Shown in pieces: positions 9,708 through 20,466 of a stretch of DNA of 64,000 nt (positions are counted from its first letter, which is position 1; each line of letters begins with the position of its first letter). The stretch is taken from positions 6,158 through 70,157 of the forward strand of contig CAYYVQ010000005.1 in NCBI GenBank assembly GCA_964475205.1, read 5' to 3'. The notes beneath the pieces are model-generated. The model ran no database searches. It was not told the origin of the DNA and saw only the letters and a list, made by a program, of their open reading frames with translations. Origin of the DNA: an uncultured Victivallales bacterium (GTDB taxonomy: Bacteria; Verrucomicrobiota; Kiritimatiellia; UBA8416; CAYSRM01). A program made the translations under genes and the position numbers.

Positions 9708-12677
9708 ATGAGTCAGACCATAACACAACTGTTTCTGATAAATGCCATACTTGCAAGCGCAGCAGTTTCCGGCTGTAGAACAAGCTGGGACCAAACATAT
9801 TTTCAGCATGATGTGCCCGGAAATGCGGTGGAATTTTCCGGCGAAGAATATGCGATCCGCACACATGAGGGTAAGGGATACAAGCAGGGAGAATGGGCAA
9901 AGGCAAATAAAGAAAGATCGATTACTTCTTGCTGCAAGCATTTCGATTTCGAGTTAAAAGAAAATCATCTTGTGGACAATGAAGGAAACAAATGGACTCT
10001 CGATCCGCCGGATTGGCCACTGCGGCGGCTTGATCGTAAAACCGTTAAGGTTGAAGTCGTTGATAAGGACAGCAAAGTGCCTGTACCTGAATTCCGCTAT
10101 CGCTATTCCCTTTCGGCTCCCCGGGGCAGGGAATATCCGACGTGGGTAATAATGCGCCAGGTGAAAAACCCGGCAGGAACGGTTGAGATCGAAACACCGT
10201 TCGCCTGTGAAATGGATCTTGTCGTAGATTCTTTGCATTACTTGTGCCATGGATGCGGGCATGGTTATCACCGCAAAGTCATTGTGTCCACCGACACGAA
10301 TCAGGTAGTTACAGTCGAACTTAAAAGAGGGCTGACAGTTGAAGGTATCGTTCTGGATGCGGATTCAGATCAGCCCGTTGAAAAGGCTAAGGTTGCGCCG
10401 CTCATTGACCGCCATCCTCTATTATGTCCAAACAGGCATCGTATGGTAAAAACCGATTCATCCGGCCGGTTCAAGGTTCATGCGGTTCATGAATACATGG
10501 GCCTCTGGGTTGAACATGAACGTTATGGCGAAACAGAGATCGAGAAGGTTAAGGAATGGCCGCAAGTAGAAGACGATCCGTTCACTCGGCGTAAGACAAT
10601 ATCTCTTAAGCAAGCTCCCGGCATCACAGGCAAAGTTGTTTCCACTGGCGGTCAGCCGATAGAAAGCGCTGAAGTCACAAGTTACAATGGCCGCCGGACA
10701 ACATCAGATTCTGATGGCAAATTTGTCATCTACGGCGCAGAACGCAACCTTGAGTTTTCTGCTCCGGGCTTCATAGAGAAAAAGGTGAGCATTACAAACG
10801 GTATGGCCTGGGCGGATGTTGCATTGCAGCCGGAGTTCCTATTAACCGGTTTTGTCAGAACTCCGGCAGGAAAACCGGTGACAAACTTTACTGCCGTTAC
10901 CCGCGACGGCAAGTATTGCGGGCCGCATAATGAGAAAAAGAAGACATTCACCAATTCACAAGGCAAGTTCCAATTCAAGATCAGTGAACCCGTCACCAAT
11001 CTGGTTGCCATTGTTGCGGACGGATTTGCCCTTAAACAAGTTCCTGCTATTCTGAAACGCCCTGCCGAACCGCTGACCGTTACTCTTGAAAAGGGCCTTC
11101 GGGTTTCCGGGATAATTGAATTGCCCCGTGAAGTTAAAGAACAGGTTGAGGTAGCGCTCATACCTCAACGCTGCGGTTCCCTTTGGCAGGATTATACCGG
11201 CGGCCCTGCGTGGGTGACTGACAAGCTAATTCTTAATCGGTTGCATGTTGGCGGTGAAACCGTCATAAACTTGTCCAGCAAAATCGTCACGGCAAACACT
11301 AATGGCGCTTATGTCTTCAGGAATGTTTCTCCCGGAAGCTACTCACTTCTGGTTCGAGGCGATGATATCCTGCCCTTTGAGCGAACTGTGCAGATAACGC
11401 ATGGCAAACAAAACCTGCCGGGTATCAAGCCAGCGCTTAAGGAGACAGGAGTTGTCAAGGGAAGGGTATTTAAACCGTTTGGAAGCTGTAAGGGCGCAAG
11501 ATGTTCACGGCCAGAGCCATGGCCCTTTGCAGAAGTAGATATTTCAGCAGGAGATGATCAATCATTCTACGCTGAGTTTTACAAGAAAACCAGAGCCGAT
11601 GAAGAGGGGTTCTATTCGGTGACCAACGTGGTTGCAGGCCCGGTTTCTGTATCCGTGAACTATCCTGTTACATTTGACATCGGAAACACGATGTTTGCGA
11701 CAGGTGTTGTGCGCCCAGGCGAGACTACAGTCCTGGATGTATTCCGCAAGAAGCGAGGCGAGTTGATTGAAGGCAAGGGTGAATTGAGGATCCATGTCTG
11801 TGTCGGCGACGGAAGCAAAGAAGATTTCAGAAGGGGACAGGGCCTGGCTTCGGGGGAAAATGTGGATGAGGCGAAACTCTCCGAATGGCGCCCCGAACTT
11901 ATATACCTGGATCAATCATCTTCCTGCGCAGCCAGGAAGGCCAAAATAAAGCCGGCAAGTTCCGAGTGCATGTTCGTGATTACGAACCTTCCAAAAGGTA
12001 ATGCGAAGTTGAATCTGCTCGATGAAAGCGATAGCTGGGAAAAAAGAATAATATGGTCCACAGAGTCACCTTTGAACATACCTGAAAAGGGACGAGTCAA
12101 AAAAAACGTGATCCTTCCGCCGAACTCATTGACAGGTAGAGTCACAAACGAAGAGGTGTCTATGTATACGGACCTGTATCTTGTGTGCGGTGGCAAAGAA
12201 GAACATATCCCGACAGGAAGTCCTGACAAAAGCAGAGCCTTCCGGTTCCCGTTCATCCCCCGGGGGAGTTACGAATTTATAGCACATCAGGCGCGGATAG
12301 GTTGGTGCAAGGTGAATGACATTGAAATATCCGGTCTTTGCGATGTTGGAGAAATTGAGCTCAAACCGGGTGCAAGAGTAACCGCCAGGCTTATGGGCAA
12401 CTGGACTCCGGTCCGTTCAGCAGACCAGTATGTGGTGAGCATTACGCATAAAGGGACCGGATTAACGCTGTCCTCTTCGCCAAATCTTGGCTCAAATGGC
12501 GGCACGGCTGTATTTAACAATATCTGGCCGGGCAGCTGGCGCCTGGAGCTGAAGCTTCGGCGCTCGGACAAGAAAACCTTTTTCGAAACAGACCTTGAGA
12601 TAACTGCCCGTGAGCATATTGACATTGATATGGAATGGTCCGAAATTCCCGAGCTGAGCAACCTTAAACACAAATAA
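9708..12677 (+). CDS. large lipoprotein with repeated carboxypeptidase-regulatory-like (prealbumin-fold) domains
   Basis: Signal peptide with lipobox (AAVSGC). Several repeats of the G-V-D..G.P...A.V....TD..G.F pattern. Confidence 0.55.
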   Translation: MSQTITQLFLINAILASAAVSGCRTSWDQTYFQHDVPGNAVEFSGEEYAIRTHEGKGYKQGEWAKANKERSITSCCKHFDFELKENHLVDNEGNKWTLDPPDWPLRRLDRKTVKVEVVDKDSKVPVPEFRYRYSLSAPRGREYPTWVIMRQVKNPAGTVEIETPFACEMDLVVDSLHYLCHGCGHGYHRKVIVSTDTNQVVTVELKRGLTVEGIVLDADSDQPVEKAKVAPLIDRHPLLCPNRHRMVKTDSSGRFKVHAVHEYMGLWVEHERYGETEIEKVKEWPQVEDDPFTRRKTISLKQAPGITGKVVSTGGQPIESAEVTSYNGRRTTSDSDGKFVIYGAERNLEFSAPGFIEKKVSITNGMAWADVALQPEFLLTGFVRTPAGKPVTNFTAVTRDGKYCGPHNEKKKTFTNSQGKFQFKISEPVTNLVAIVADGFALKQVPAILKRPAEPLTVTLEKGLRVSGIIELPREVKEQVEVALIPQRCGSLWQDYTGGPAWVTDKLILNRLHVGGETVINLSSKIVTANTNGAYVFRNVSPGSYSLLVRGDDILPFERTVQITHGKQNLPGIKPALKETGVVKGRVFKPFGSCKGARCSRPEPWPFAEVDISAGDDQSFYAEFYKKTRADEEGFYSVTNVVAGPVSVSVNYPVTFDIGNTMFATGVVRPGETTVLDVFRKKRGELIEGKGELRIHVCVGDGSKEDFRRGQGLASGENVDEAKLSEWRPELIYLDQSSSCAARKAKIKPASSECMFVITNLPKGNAKLNLLDESDSWEKRIIWSTESPLNIPEKGRVKKNVILPPNSLTGRVTNEEVSMYTDLYLVCGGKEEHIPTGSPDKSRAFRFPFIPRGSYEFIAHQARIGWCKVNDIEISGLCDVGEIELKPGARVTARLMGNWTPVRSADQYVVSITHKGTGLTLSSSPNLGSNGGTAVFNNIWPGSWRLELKLRRSDKKTFFETDLEITAREHIDIDMEWSEIPELSNLKHK

Positions 12678-13027
12678 ATTCTACCCACCTTCAAAGAGGC
12701 CTTCGGACACTGCTGTCCAAATCTGTATATTTACGGCATTGGCGGAAGTCCCCACGAAAACTCATTTTGGACAGATGTGTCCTACTCGGAGGCATATGCG
12801 CAACACTTCAAGGAGACGCGTCTTCGCGCCTGCCGCGAGACAGCCAAACAGTGTGATTACAAGCTCTTATCCATCGAAAAAAGCAGAGGGAGGCGCTTGC
12901 GTAGTAAAGGTTTCTCAGACAAGACAAGATTATTTTCATGTACAAAATAACAAATATATCTATCCTTCAACACAATCAATTCAATTTAACCGGGCAGATC
13001 TTAAATAACATCTGGTAATAAACAATT

Positions 13028-15694
13028 ATGAGGCAATACAAGAACAAAGCATCACAAGCCAATACAATAATCTTCGGCAACGCCAGGTTCCAGTTCATGA
13101 CCGACCGGCTGCTCAGAATGGAATACAGCAGCACGGGTTGTTTTGAAGACAGGGCAACCCTGACGGTGGTGAACAGGTCATTTCCCGCTGTCAAATGGCA
13201 TAAAGAAGTAAAAGATAATGTGCTGGTTCTGACAACCTCGGCGCTTACCCTCACCTACACCGATGATGGAAATGTGTTCTCAAATGACAACCTGCGCATT
13301 GATTTCGATTGCAACGGAACCAGAAAATGCTGGCATCCCGGAATGGATAATAATGGCAATCTGGGGGGTACGCTTCGAACTCTTGACGGCATGGAAGGCA
13401 ATAGAAAAATAAAAAAAGTTCCGAATCCTGATTTTATCCCTAACAGGGAAGGCAAGAAAAAGACAGGCGCTCCCGGCCAGAGTTTGACTGAGTTCATATC
13501 AGTCAACGAGCCTGTTGACCTTGGCAGCGGGCTTGTCTCACGAGCAGGCTGGACAATTATAGACGATACGAGAAGTGTTGTGCTGGACGAGAACAACGGA
13601 TATGAATGGGTTGCCGCGCGCCGCGACGGGGGTGATGCCGATCTGTATTTTCTGGGATACGGCACTGATTACAAGGCCGCGCTCAAGGACTGTGCCAATT
13701 TGCTCGGGCGGCAACCCCTACCCCCTCGCTATGCTTTCGGTTGCTGGTTCTCAAGGTACTGGGCATATACGGATCAGGAGATTGAGGAGATTGTTAACGC
13801 ATTTGACATAGCGGATGTTCCTCTAGATGTTATCGTTGTCGATATGGACTGGCACCTTGAGGGCTGGACCGGTTACACGTGGGACAAACGTTATTTCCCT
13901 GATCCTGATGAATTCCTTTCGGAAATGCATCGTCGCGGACTCAAGGTCACACTTAACCTGCACCCGGCCGAAGGCGTCAAAAAGCACGAGGATCAATTCA
14001 AGGATATGGCAGTAGCCATGGGTCTTGATCCCGAAAAAACCAACCAGGTCTTGTTTGATATCACAGACCCAAATTACGTCAAAGCCTATTTTGACATATT
14101 GCATCATCCGGAGGAACGCAGGGGCGTGGACTTCTGGTGGATGGATTGGCAGCAGGGTGAAAGCACCAAACTGACAGGGCTTGACCCTCTTCCATGGATC
14201 AATCACCTGCACTGGTATGATATGGTTGACAATCCGGACAGAAAAAATAAACGTCCGCTGATATTCTCCCGGTGGGGAGGACTCGGAGGTGGCCGGCACT
14301 GTATCGGTTTTTCAGGTGACACTTATTCCACATGGGAATCGCTCGCCTTTCAACCTTACTTCACCGCTACTGCGGCAAATGTCCTATACGGCTACTGGTC
14401 CCATGATATTGGAGGACATATGCCGGGTGAGATCGAGCCTGAACTGTTTACCCGGTGGCTGCAGTTCGGCGCCTTTTCGCCCATTCTCAGAACGCACACA
14501 ACAAAAAACGAGAACGCCGAACGAAGAGTTTGGGAATATCCCGCACCCTATAGTCATATCATGATGGAGACAATACGAAAACGATATGAACTGGTTCCCT
14601 ATGTCTATACCGAATGCAGGAAAGCCTATGACACGGGAATAAGCCTGTGCCACCCCATGTATTATGATTGGCCCGGCTCGGATGCGGCATACAAAGCGCG
14701 CAACCAATACATGTTCGGCGACTCCATGCTCGTTGCCCCCGTTATAGAAAAACAATCCGAAATTGATCATATGGCTCCGGCAAATGTCTGGCTTCCCAAG
14801 GGCGAATGGTTCGACACGGCGCGGGGGCTGACCCTTGCAGGGGACAACATGATTACCGCAAGGTATGCCATCGACGAAGTGCCTGTATTTGTGCGGCCAG
14901 GCGCCGTGATCCCCGGCGAGAAAGGCAGGCGGCGACTGAACAACACATCAATTGAACACCTGCTCGTTACCATTTATTCCGGAACCGAAGGGGCTTATAC
15001 ACTTTACGAGGATGACGGGATGTCATCGGGCTATGAAAAGAACAGATGCGTTGCCCTGAGGATATCGCACCGCAGAAAAGGAAAACTCTGGAAGATTATG
15101 ATCGATAAACCCGAAGGTTCATATAAGGGATTCCAAAGCAAAAAAAGCATAGAGCTAAGAATCGAGGGAACGGTTCCACCCGAATCTGTCAGGGGCGCAG
15201 GCAAAAAGATTCCGTTTTCGTTCAGACCGCGGGAAGGGAACTTCTGGAACTATGACGGGAACAAAGCAACCCTGGTTGTGTCCCTTAACCGGCAGGAATT
15301 GAAAAACGGGCTGGAAATCAGCGTGAGACTTTCGGACACGTCCCTGTCATCCATTGAGGCATGGAAAGGGCTGATGAATCGAATGAGCCGGGTCAGGTAC
15401 TTCAACACATTAGCAATCACCCTTGGCGTTGCTCACGAAGAAAAACTGCTCGGGATTGATCTTGCGCAGGCCGGTAACAGGATAAGCCGGAACCCGGCTT
15501 CGCTCAGGAATGAAGTCGCCCGGACACGAAAACGCCTCAAGGAGGCCTCCGACATGCTGAACTACCTGAAATGCCATCATAGCGGCACAGGCAAAAAGAA
15601 GAGCACAGGAAGGCGGCGGCCTGAGAAAGTCCCGTATTGCGCGAAAGCCCTGGCGATCCTTGATGAATGTCATGCCCTGTGTCAAAAGCAATAG
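13028..15694 (+). CDS. glycoside hydrolase family 31 (alpha-glucosidase/alpha-xylosidase-like) with a C-terminal extension
   Basis: DVIVVDMDWH, GVDFWWMDWQ, and RPLIFSRWGGLGGGRHCIGFSGDTYSTWESL...YWSHDIGGH, which aligns with the conserved GH31 catalytic region. Confidence 0.8.
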   Translation: MRQYKNKASQANTIIFGNARFQFMTDRLLRMEYSSTGCFEDRATLTVVNRSFPAVKWHKEVKDNVLVLTTSALTLTYTDDGNVFSNDNLRIDFDCNGTRKCWHPGMDNNGNLGGTLRTLDGMEGNRKIKKVPNPDFIPNREGKKKTGAPGQSLTEFISVNEPVDLGSGLVSRAGWTIIDDTRSVVLDENNGYEWVAARRDGGDADLYFLGYGTDYKAALKDCANLLGRQPLPPRYAFGCWFSRYWAYTDQEIEEIVNAFDIADVPLDVIVVDMDWHLEGWTGYTWDKRYFPDPDEFLSEMHRRGLKVTLNLHPAEGVKKHEDQFKDMAVAMGLDPEKTNQVLFDITDPNYVKAYFDILHHPEERRGVDFWWMDWQQGESTKLTGLDPLPWINHLHWYDMVDNPDRKNKRPLIFSRWGGLGGGRHCIGFSGDTYSTWESLAFQPYFTATAANVLYGYWSHDIGGHMPGEIEPELFTRWLQFGAFSPILRTHTTKNENAERRVWEYPAPYSHIMMETIRKRYELVPYVYTECRKAYDTGISLCHPMYYDWPGSDAAYKARNQYMFGDSMLVAPVIEKQSEIDHMAPANVWLPKGEWFDTARGLTLAGDNMITARYAIDEVPVFVRPGAVIPGEKGRRRLNNTSIEHLLVTIYSGTEGAYTLYEDDGMSSGYEKNRCVALRISHRRKGKLWKIMIDKPEGSYKGFQSKKSIELRIEGTVPPESVRGAGKKIPFSFRPREGNFWNYDGNKATLVVSLNRQELKNGLEISVRLSDTSLSSIEAWKGLMNRMSRVRYFNTLAITLGVAHEEKLLGIDLAQAGNRISRNPASLRNEVARTRKRLKEASDMLNYLKCHHSGTGKKKSTGRRRPEKVPYCAKALAILDECHALCQKQ

Positions 15695-16049
15695 ATAAAA
15701 AGCCAGATAAGGCAAGCCGGTTGATCGACACAATGGCGAGTCCAGTCAGTCCCTAACAGAACTTGACAGATCAACCCTTTTTTCCCGCATCTTCTTTTGG
15801 CCCGGGCTAACAATTCTGCCAAAATCCGATAACGTTAAACCTGAATCCGGCAGTAGAAAACCACTAATGGACACTAAATAGCACTAATGTTTTGAAATAG
15901 CTGGAAAAAGCATCAAAAGAAAACTTCATGAGCACATTGAACCCTGCACCAAATGGGTGCAGTTGCATTGTGGATAATACCCTCATTTATTCGTGTCTAT
16001 TCGCCTGCCTGTGCGTGTCCGCACGCAGACAGGTGTGCATTCGTGGTTC

Positions 16050-16284
16050 AACCTATATACGGCACTTGAAATTCGGGAAGCGATGTATATTATTACAAAT
16101 AAGGAGTTTACAATTTATTGCGCCCCCACCCAAAGGGTGCGGGCGAGCTTCCCGAATTTCAAGCCGCAAGGGGTTGCCGATTTCACTGCATCTGCTTCGT
16201 TCTGAGGTCTTCGGCATAGTTACTATAGCCGAAAACCTCACGCCTTGCAGCTACAGCAAACTCGGCAACTGCCGTTTCTAGGTT
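16050..16284. repeat. MITE family E copy 1 (~230 bp, imperfect TIR AACCTATATACGGC / GCCGTTTCTAGGTT, internal 16-bp-stem hairpin)
   Basis: Identical (inverted) to 59511-59745. ORF-track ORFs 15928..16281 and 16053..16241 are repeat artefacts. Confidence 0.7.
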
Positions 16285-16403
16285 CAACTGCTCTTTATAG
16301 GATAATAGTATAACAGAATGCAGCACAAAGGCCGATACGACCAGGCTTTTGAGATACGTTGGACAACGCTGTAATGCAATCTGGACAATGCCGCAGGTTG
16401 TAG

Positions 16404-17558
16404 TTACATGGATAAAAAATTACGTAGTATCTCGGCGCCTGTAACGACCTGTTGCAGATCTATGGATTCGTCTGCGGTATGGGCGTTTGCAATGCTTCCC
16501 GGTCCGAAAACAAAACCCGGGATACCGGCCTGTGCGTAGAACCCGGCATGAGTTCCGTAATGTGCCACACCATGCTCCATTGTTCCGGTCACGGACCGGG
16601 TTGCCGCTTCCAGATCTTTTGCATCCCGCAGGAAGCAATCGGTGTCCAGCGGCGGATAATTCTGGGTCCACTCCACGGTCACTTTCCCGCCGGCCACAAC
16701 ACAGGACTGGATCAAGTCCTCAAGGGCTTTTCTGACCTTACTGCCATCCTCGCCCGGCAGCAGGCGACGGTCAATCTGAATGGCACATGCATCTGGAATG
16801 ATATTTGAAGCTGTGCCTCCATGTATTGTGACAACCGCCAGAGTCGGTGTTCCCAGGGCATGATCTGGTGTTGCGGCCGCGAGCTTTTCCGCATGCGTTT
16901 CGAGCTGCCTCAATACACGGTTCATCCTGTAAATAGCGTTGTCTCCGAGTTCCGGGGTTGAACTGTGTGCGGCCTTACCGTGCATTGTAATGTTTGCGCG
17001 AACGATGCCCTTGTGGCGATGCACCAGCTTCAGGTCCGTTGGTTCGGCTACCACCGCAAAATCGGCCTTAACGCCATGTTCGATCAGGCGCCGCACGCCG
17101 CGGCCGCCGTTTTCTTCGTCGCAAGTTGCTGCAAAAACAACATCACGTGACAAGCATCCGTCATTCAGCACGGCCTCAAGAGCGAGCAACATTGAGGCCA
17201 TGGGTCCCTTTGTGTCGCAGGCGCCGCGTCCATACAGGCGGCCATCCCGGATACTGGCGCCAAATGGATCAATCGTCATATTTTCGTGCGCCACTGTATC
17301 GGTGTGGGCATCCAGGAGCAATGACCGTGAGCTGTCACGACCTCTGAATTTCGCCCAGAGGTTCGGTCGTCCGGGAAGAACCTCTTCCTGTTCTATTGCG
17401 CCGCCCATTTTTTTGAGTCGTTCAGCCAGCAACCGTACCAGGCGAGCTTCCCCGTATGGCGGCCGGTACGTCTTACGTTCCGCCGGATTGACACTGCCGC
17501 AGCGGACAAGTTCAGTCAAGAGTTCCCGCGAGGATTTTTCTGAAATAACTTCCGGCAT
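16404..17558 (-). CDS. M20 family metallopeptidase/deacylase (ArgE/DapE/CPG2-like)
   Basis: LLLDAHTDTV, GRGACDTKG and other M20 metal-binding motifs. Confidence 0.8.
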   Translation of the reverse strand: MPEVISEKSSRELLTELVRCGSVNPAERKTYRPPYGEARLVRLLAERLKKMGGAIEQEEVLPGRPNLWAKFRGRDSSRSLLLDAHTDTVAHENMTIDPFGASIRDGRLYGRGACDTKGPMASMLLALEAVLNDGCLSRDVVFAATCDEENGGRGVRRLIEHGVKADFAVVAEPTDLKLVHRHKGIVRANITMHGKAAHSSTPELGDNAIYRMNRVLRQLETHAEKLAAATPDHALGTPTLAVVTIHGGTASNIIPDACAIQIDRRLLPGEDGSKVRKALEDLIQSCVVAGGKVTVEWTQNYPPLDTDCFLRDAKDLEAATRSVTGTMEHGVAHYGTHAGFYAQAGIPGFVFGPGSIANAHTADESIDLQQVVTGAEILRNFLSM

Positions 17559-17718
17559 TCAAGTCTCCCTGTTGCTAACACACTTTCACCACCGGCGAAA
17601 GCCGTGATATTCGCGGCGTTGTCGCGAACAAATGGGGTGTCGCTATGCTGTCGATCACGTCTCCGGCGCACCACGTTGCGACAGAGTGATTTATCCATCA
17701 ACTCCCCGAGTTGATGAA

Positions 17719-18777
17719 TTAAGACAACCATTTGTCAAGGTTTTCGGCTACAAAGTCGTCATCATTGAGGTGCGGATACGAACGCTGCACCCTGTCAATC
17801 TCTTCGGCCTGGCCGGGAGACAATGTCTCGGAATGACTCAAACATACGCGGGACGGAACCTGTCCGCGCCTGCGCAGGACCTCGTTAATCCCGCTCAAGC
17901 ACCCGGCAAAGTTGTTGCGCGCATCGAAAAATGCTGCGTTGGCATCGGTTACTTCATGCGCCATGGTCAGAACATCCGGAGGTATGCCCTCTTTCGATTC
18001 GCGCAGTTTCCGGATGCGTTCGAACTGCAACACAGCTTTGCGCGTCCAAACCGCCCAGTGTCCCAGCAATCCGCCGACCATTCCTGCCTTTTGTGTGCAG
18101 TTGTTGATCACAACGCGATATTCGGAGATGAGATCGAATATAATAGAATCGTCATTTCCCGTATAAAGCGCGATGTTGTCTTGCCGGCCGGCTTCGCAGA
18201 CCGCCCTGACCACGTCGAAGGTGCGGTACCGGTTGAAAGGCGCAATCTTGATTGCTATGACATTTTCTATGGCCGCAAATTCGCGCCAGAACTCGACAGG
18301 CAACAGACGTCCGCCGACAGCAGGCTGAAGATAGAACCCGATGACAGGCATTACCTCAGCCACCTGCCGGCAATGTTCGAGAACTGTTTCCAAAGTCTCT
18401 TCGCGCAAATCGCGCAGGGCCAGCAGGCAGGCATCATATCCAAGCGCTTGAGCCGTGGCTGCCTCTTTCAGCGCCTGCGGAGTCTGCCCCGCAACGCCCG
18501 CTATCTTGAGTATCCGGCGACCGGCCTCCTGTGACCATACGTCGACAGTTTCAGCCGCCAGCGACAATACCGGCTGGTAAAGCCCGAACTCCGGGTCGCG
18601 AATTTCAAACTGTGTCGAGTGAACTCCCACCGCGACGCCGTCTGCTCCGGCGTCACAATAATAACGCGTCAATCCGCGCTGATGTTTTTCGCTTAGCTTT
18701 CGGTTATCGTCAAGCGCCAGCGGATGCGCCGGAATTACACATCCGCGCCGCAACATTTCAAGCAATTCGTTTTTCAT
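17719..18777 (-). CDS. dihydrodipicolinate synthase (DapA)-like TIM-barrel family protein
   Basis: Weak family resemblance (VIPAHPLALDDN...GADGVAVGVHSTQFE). Co-directional with the flanking epimerase and M20 genes. Confidence 0.45.
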   Translation of the reverse strand: MKNELLEMLRRGCVIPAHPLALDDNRKLSEKHQRGLTRYYCDAGADGVAVGVHSTQFEIRDPEFGLYQPVLSLAAETVDVWSQEAGRRILKIAGVAGQTPQALKEAATAQALGYDACLLALRDLREETLETVLEHCRQVAEVMPVIGFYLQPAVGGRLLPVEFWREFAAIENVIAIKIAPFNRYRTFDVVRAVCEAGRQDNIALYTGNDDSIIFDLISEYRVVINNCTQKAGMVGGLLGHWAVWTRKAVLQFERIRKLRESKEGIPPDVLTMAHEVTDANAAFFDARNNFAGCLSGINEVLRRRGQVPSRVCLSHSETLSPGQAEEIDRVQRSYPHLNDDDFVAENLDKWLS

Positions 18778-18834
18778 TGTGCTCCGTATCCCTTTTGCAG
18801 CTCAAAGGTCGCTTTTTCAGGCTGAATATTCGTT

Positions 18835-19890
18835 TTAATACTGTCCGTTGCTTACTTCAAAGTGGGTCGGTTTGCCCAGGCTTCCACCGCCTTGCCTGAT
18901 CCAATCGGCTGTTTTGCCGATCATTTCCTCGACCGGCATTCCCGGCGAGCCGAACAGCTGCACCGATTTGGACGCATCGGCCAGGTATGCGCGATCGCCC
19001 GGCTTGCCCTCGAACGTCACGGCCTTTTCCATTTTTTCGCCGAGCCGGGTAGCCACATCACGCACTGACAGGGTCTCCTTGCCTGTCACATTCAGTATTC
19101 GGGCTGGAACCCGGCAATGCTCAAACGAAAGCAAAGCAAACTCATTGGCATCGCGTTGCCAGATACAGTTGAAGGTTGGCACACGGAGCGGTACAGGCCG
19201 CTCTTCCCATATCCATTTGGCAATATCGTGAAGCACTCCGTAGCGCAGATCGATTGCGTAATTGAGCCTGAAAAGGAGAGTCGGCGTCTGGGCTGCATCA
19301 CAATAATACTCGAAAATGCGCTCACGACCCAGGCATGCCTGGGCGTACTCTCCAACTGGTCCCGGTTGTGTGCTTTCATTGCACCCCGGTCCCCGGGGAT
19401 TCACCAGGGGATATACGCAACCGGTGCTGAATACGACTATCCTGGCTCCGGAAAATCTTCGGCATATGTTTGCGGGCGCAACCGTATTAATCGCCCATGT
19501 TGCAGGTTCTGACCCGGCGGTCCCGAACTTGCGCCCGACCATGTAGATGATATTGTCCGTGTCGGGCAATTCGGCTACTTCGTCGGGATCCAGCAGATTA
19601 CAAGGTATGGTTTCGACTCCGTGTTCTTCCAGCCAATCCCGTGCGGCCGAATCCGAGAATCGCGATATGCCCATTACACGTTTTTTAACGCCGGCTTCAT
19701 GAATCGCGCGCACTGCCATGGCCCCTAGTGTAAGGCCCATTTTTCCGCCTATTCCCAAAATCGCGATATCCCCGTCGATACGGCGCATCATTTGGATTAA
19801 CGGATTGCCTGGCCGCGATAGAGTTTCATCCAATTCAGTTTCCGAAGTCATTGTCCAAACCTTTCCCAATTTCCCTGTTTTCCCTGCCAA
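18835..19890 (-). CDS. NAD(P)-dependent epimerase/dehydratase family protein (atypical SDR)
   Basis: Rossmann motif ILGIGGKMG and SDR-like architecture. Confidence 0.7.
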   Translation of the reverse strand: MAGKTGKLGKVWTMTSETELDETLSRPGNPLIQMMRRIDGDIAILGIGGKMGLTLGAMAVRAIHEAGVKKRVMGISRFSDSAARDWLEEHGVETIPCNLLDPDEVAELPDTDNIIYMVGRKFGTAGSEPATWAINTVAPANICRRFSGARIVVFSTGCVYPLVNPRGPGCNESTQPGPVGEYAQACLGRERIFEYYCDAAQTPTLLFRLNYAIDLRYGVLHDIAKWIWEERPVPLRVPTFNCIWQRDANEFALLSFEHCRVPARILNVTGKETLSVRDVATRLGEKMEKAVTFEGKPGDRAYLADASKSVQLFGSPGMPVEEMIGKTADWIRQGGGSLGKPTHFEVSNGQY

Positions 19891-20045
19891 ATCCTGTGGT
19901 AAGGTGGAACGGGCACCCGTCTGATACGGATATTTTTCATATTGTCACGGTAGCTGAATCGGTGGTTCTGTCAAGTTTTCTACTCCATTTGTTGGGTTAA
20001 CCTGCTTTTCATAAAATACTTGTAGCGGATTGGTTATTCTCCCCC

Positions 20046-20145
20046 ACGTTTGTGGGTGTGTGGGTATGTGGGTGTGTGGGTATGTGAGTGCGTGGGTATG
20101 TGAGGTTCTTTCGGCCACTCCTATTCACCCACACACTCACAAACA
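20046..20145. repeat. GT-rich tandem repeat (GTGGGTRT)n with a G-quadruplex-type G3N5G3N5G3N5G3 arrangement, plus a flanking inverted repeat
   Basis: GGGTGTGTGGGTATGTGGGTGTGTGGGTATGTGAGTGCGTGGG read directly. GTTTGTGGGTGTGTGGG pairs with CCCACACACTCACAAAC about 60 nt downstream. Confidence 0.6.
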
Positions 20146-20223
20146 GCTTTCATTACTCTTCATTAAACTTTTGACACTACCGAATCGGTTTGATGATGTC
20201 AAGATCGGCGGCAACGCCATCAG

Positions 20224-20416
20224 CAATTCTCATTATGGCCTCTTTCCGCCAAAACCTATTTGTATAACGATGTGCGTAGTAGCGCGGGCTTCACCGAAGC
20301 CCAGCGCTCTTGGGGCCTCGGCTTCGGTGAAGCCGGGCCTACTCGCGCGTGGCTGCAATATCGTGCCGGAACTCTGGCCACGCCAAACGTGGCAAAATGG
20401 CCATAATGAGAATTGC
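20224..20416. repeat. MITE family C copy 1 (~190 bp, perfect 18-bp TIR GCAATTCTCATTATGGCC)
   Basis: TIRs and the central palindrome GGGCTTCACCGAAGCCC...GGCTTCGGTGAAGCCGGGCC. Second copy at 57204-57396. Confidence 0.75.
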
Positions 20417-20466
20417 CGCAACGCCATATTTCGGAAGCGGCCTGTCTCTGGTGGGCCATGGCCTTC

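Noticed and set aside
15928-16281. ORF-track ORFs 15928..16281(+), 16053..16241(-), 59514..59729(-) and 59554..59742(+), identical pairwise between the two loci
   Set aside because: They lie entirely inside the two inverted copies of the TIR-bounded, hairpin-rich MITE-E repeat. Their identity simply reflects repeat identity, and there is no RBS or domain signal.
20046-20110. Considered a CRISPR array
   Set aside because: The repeat unit is only 8 nt with no unique spacers, and there are no cas genes. It is a microsatellite / G4 tract.
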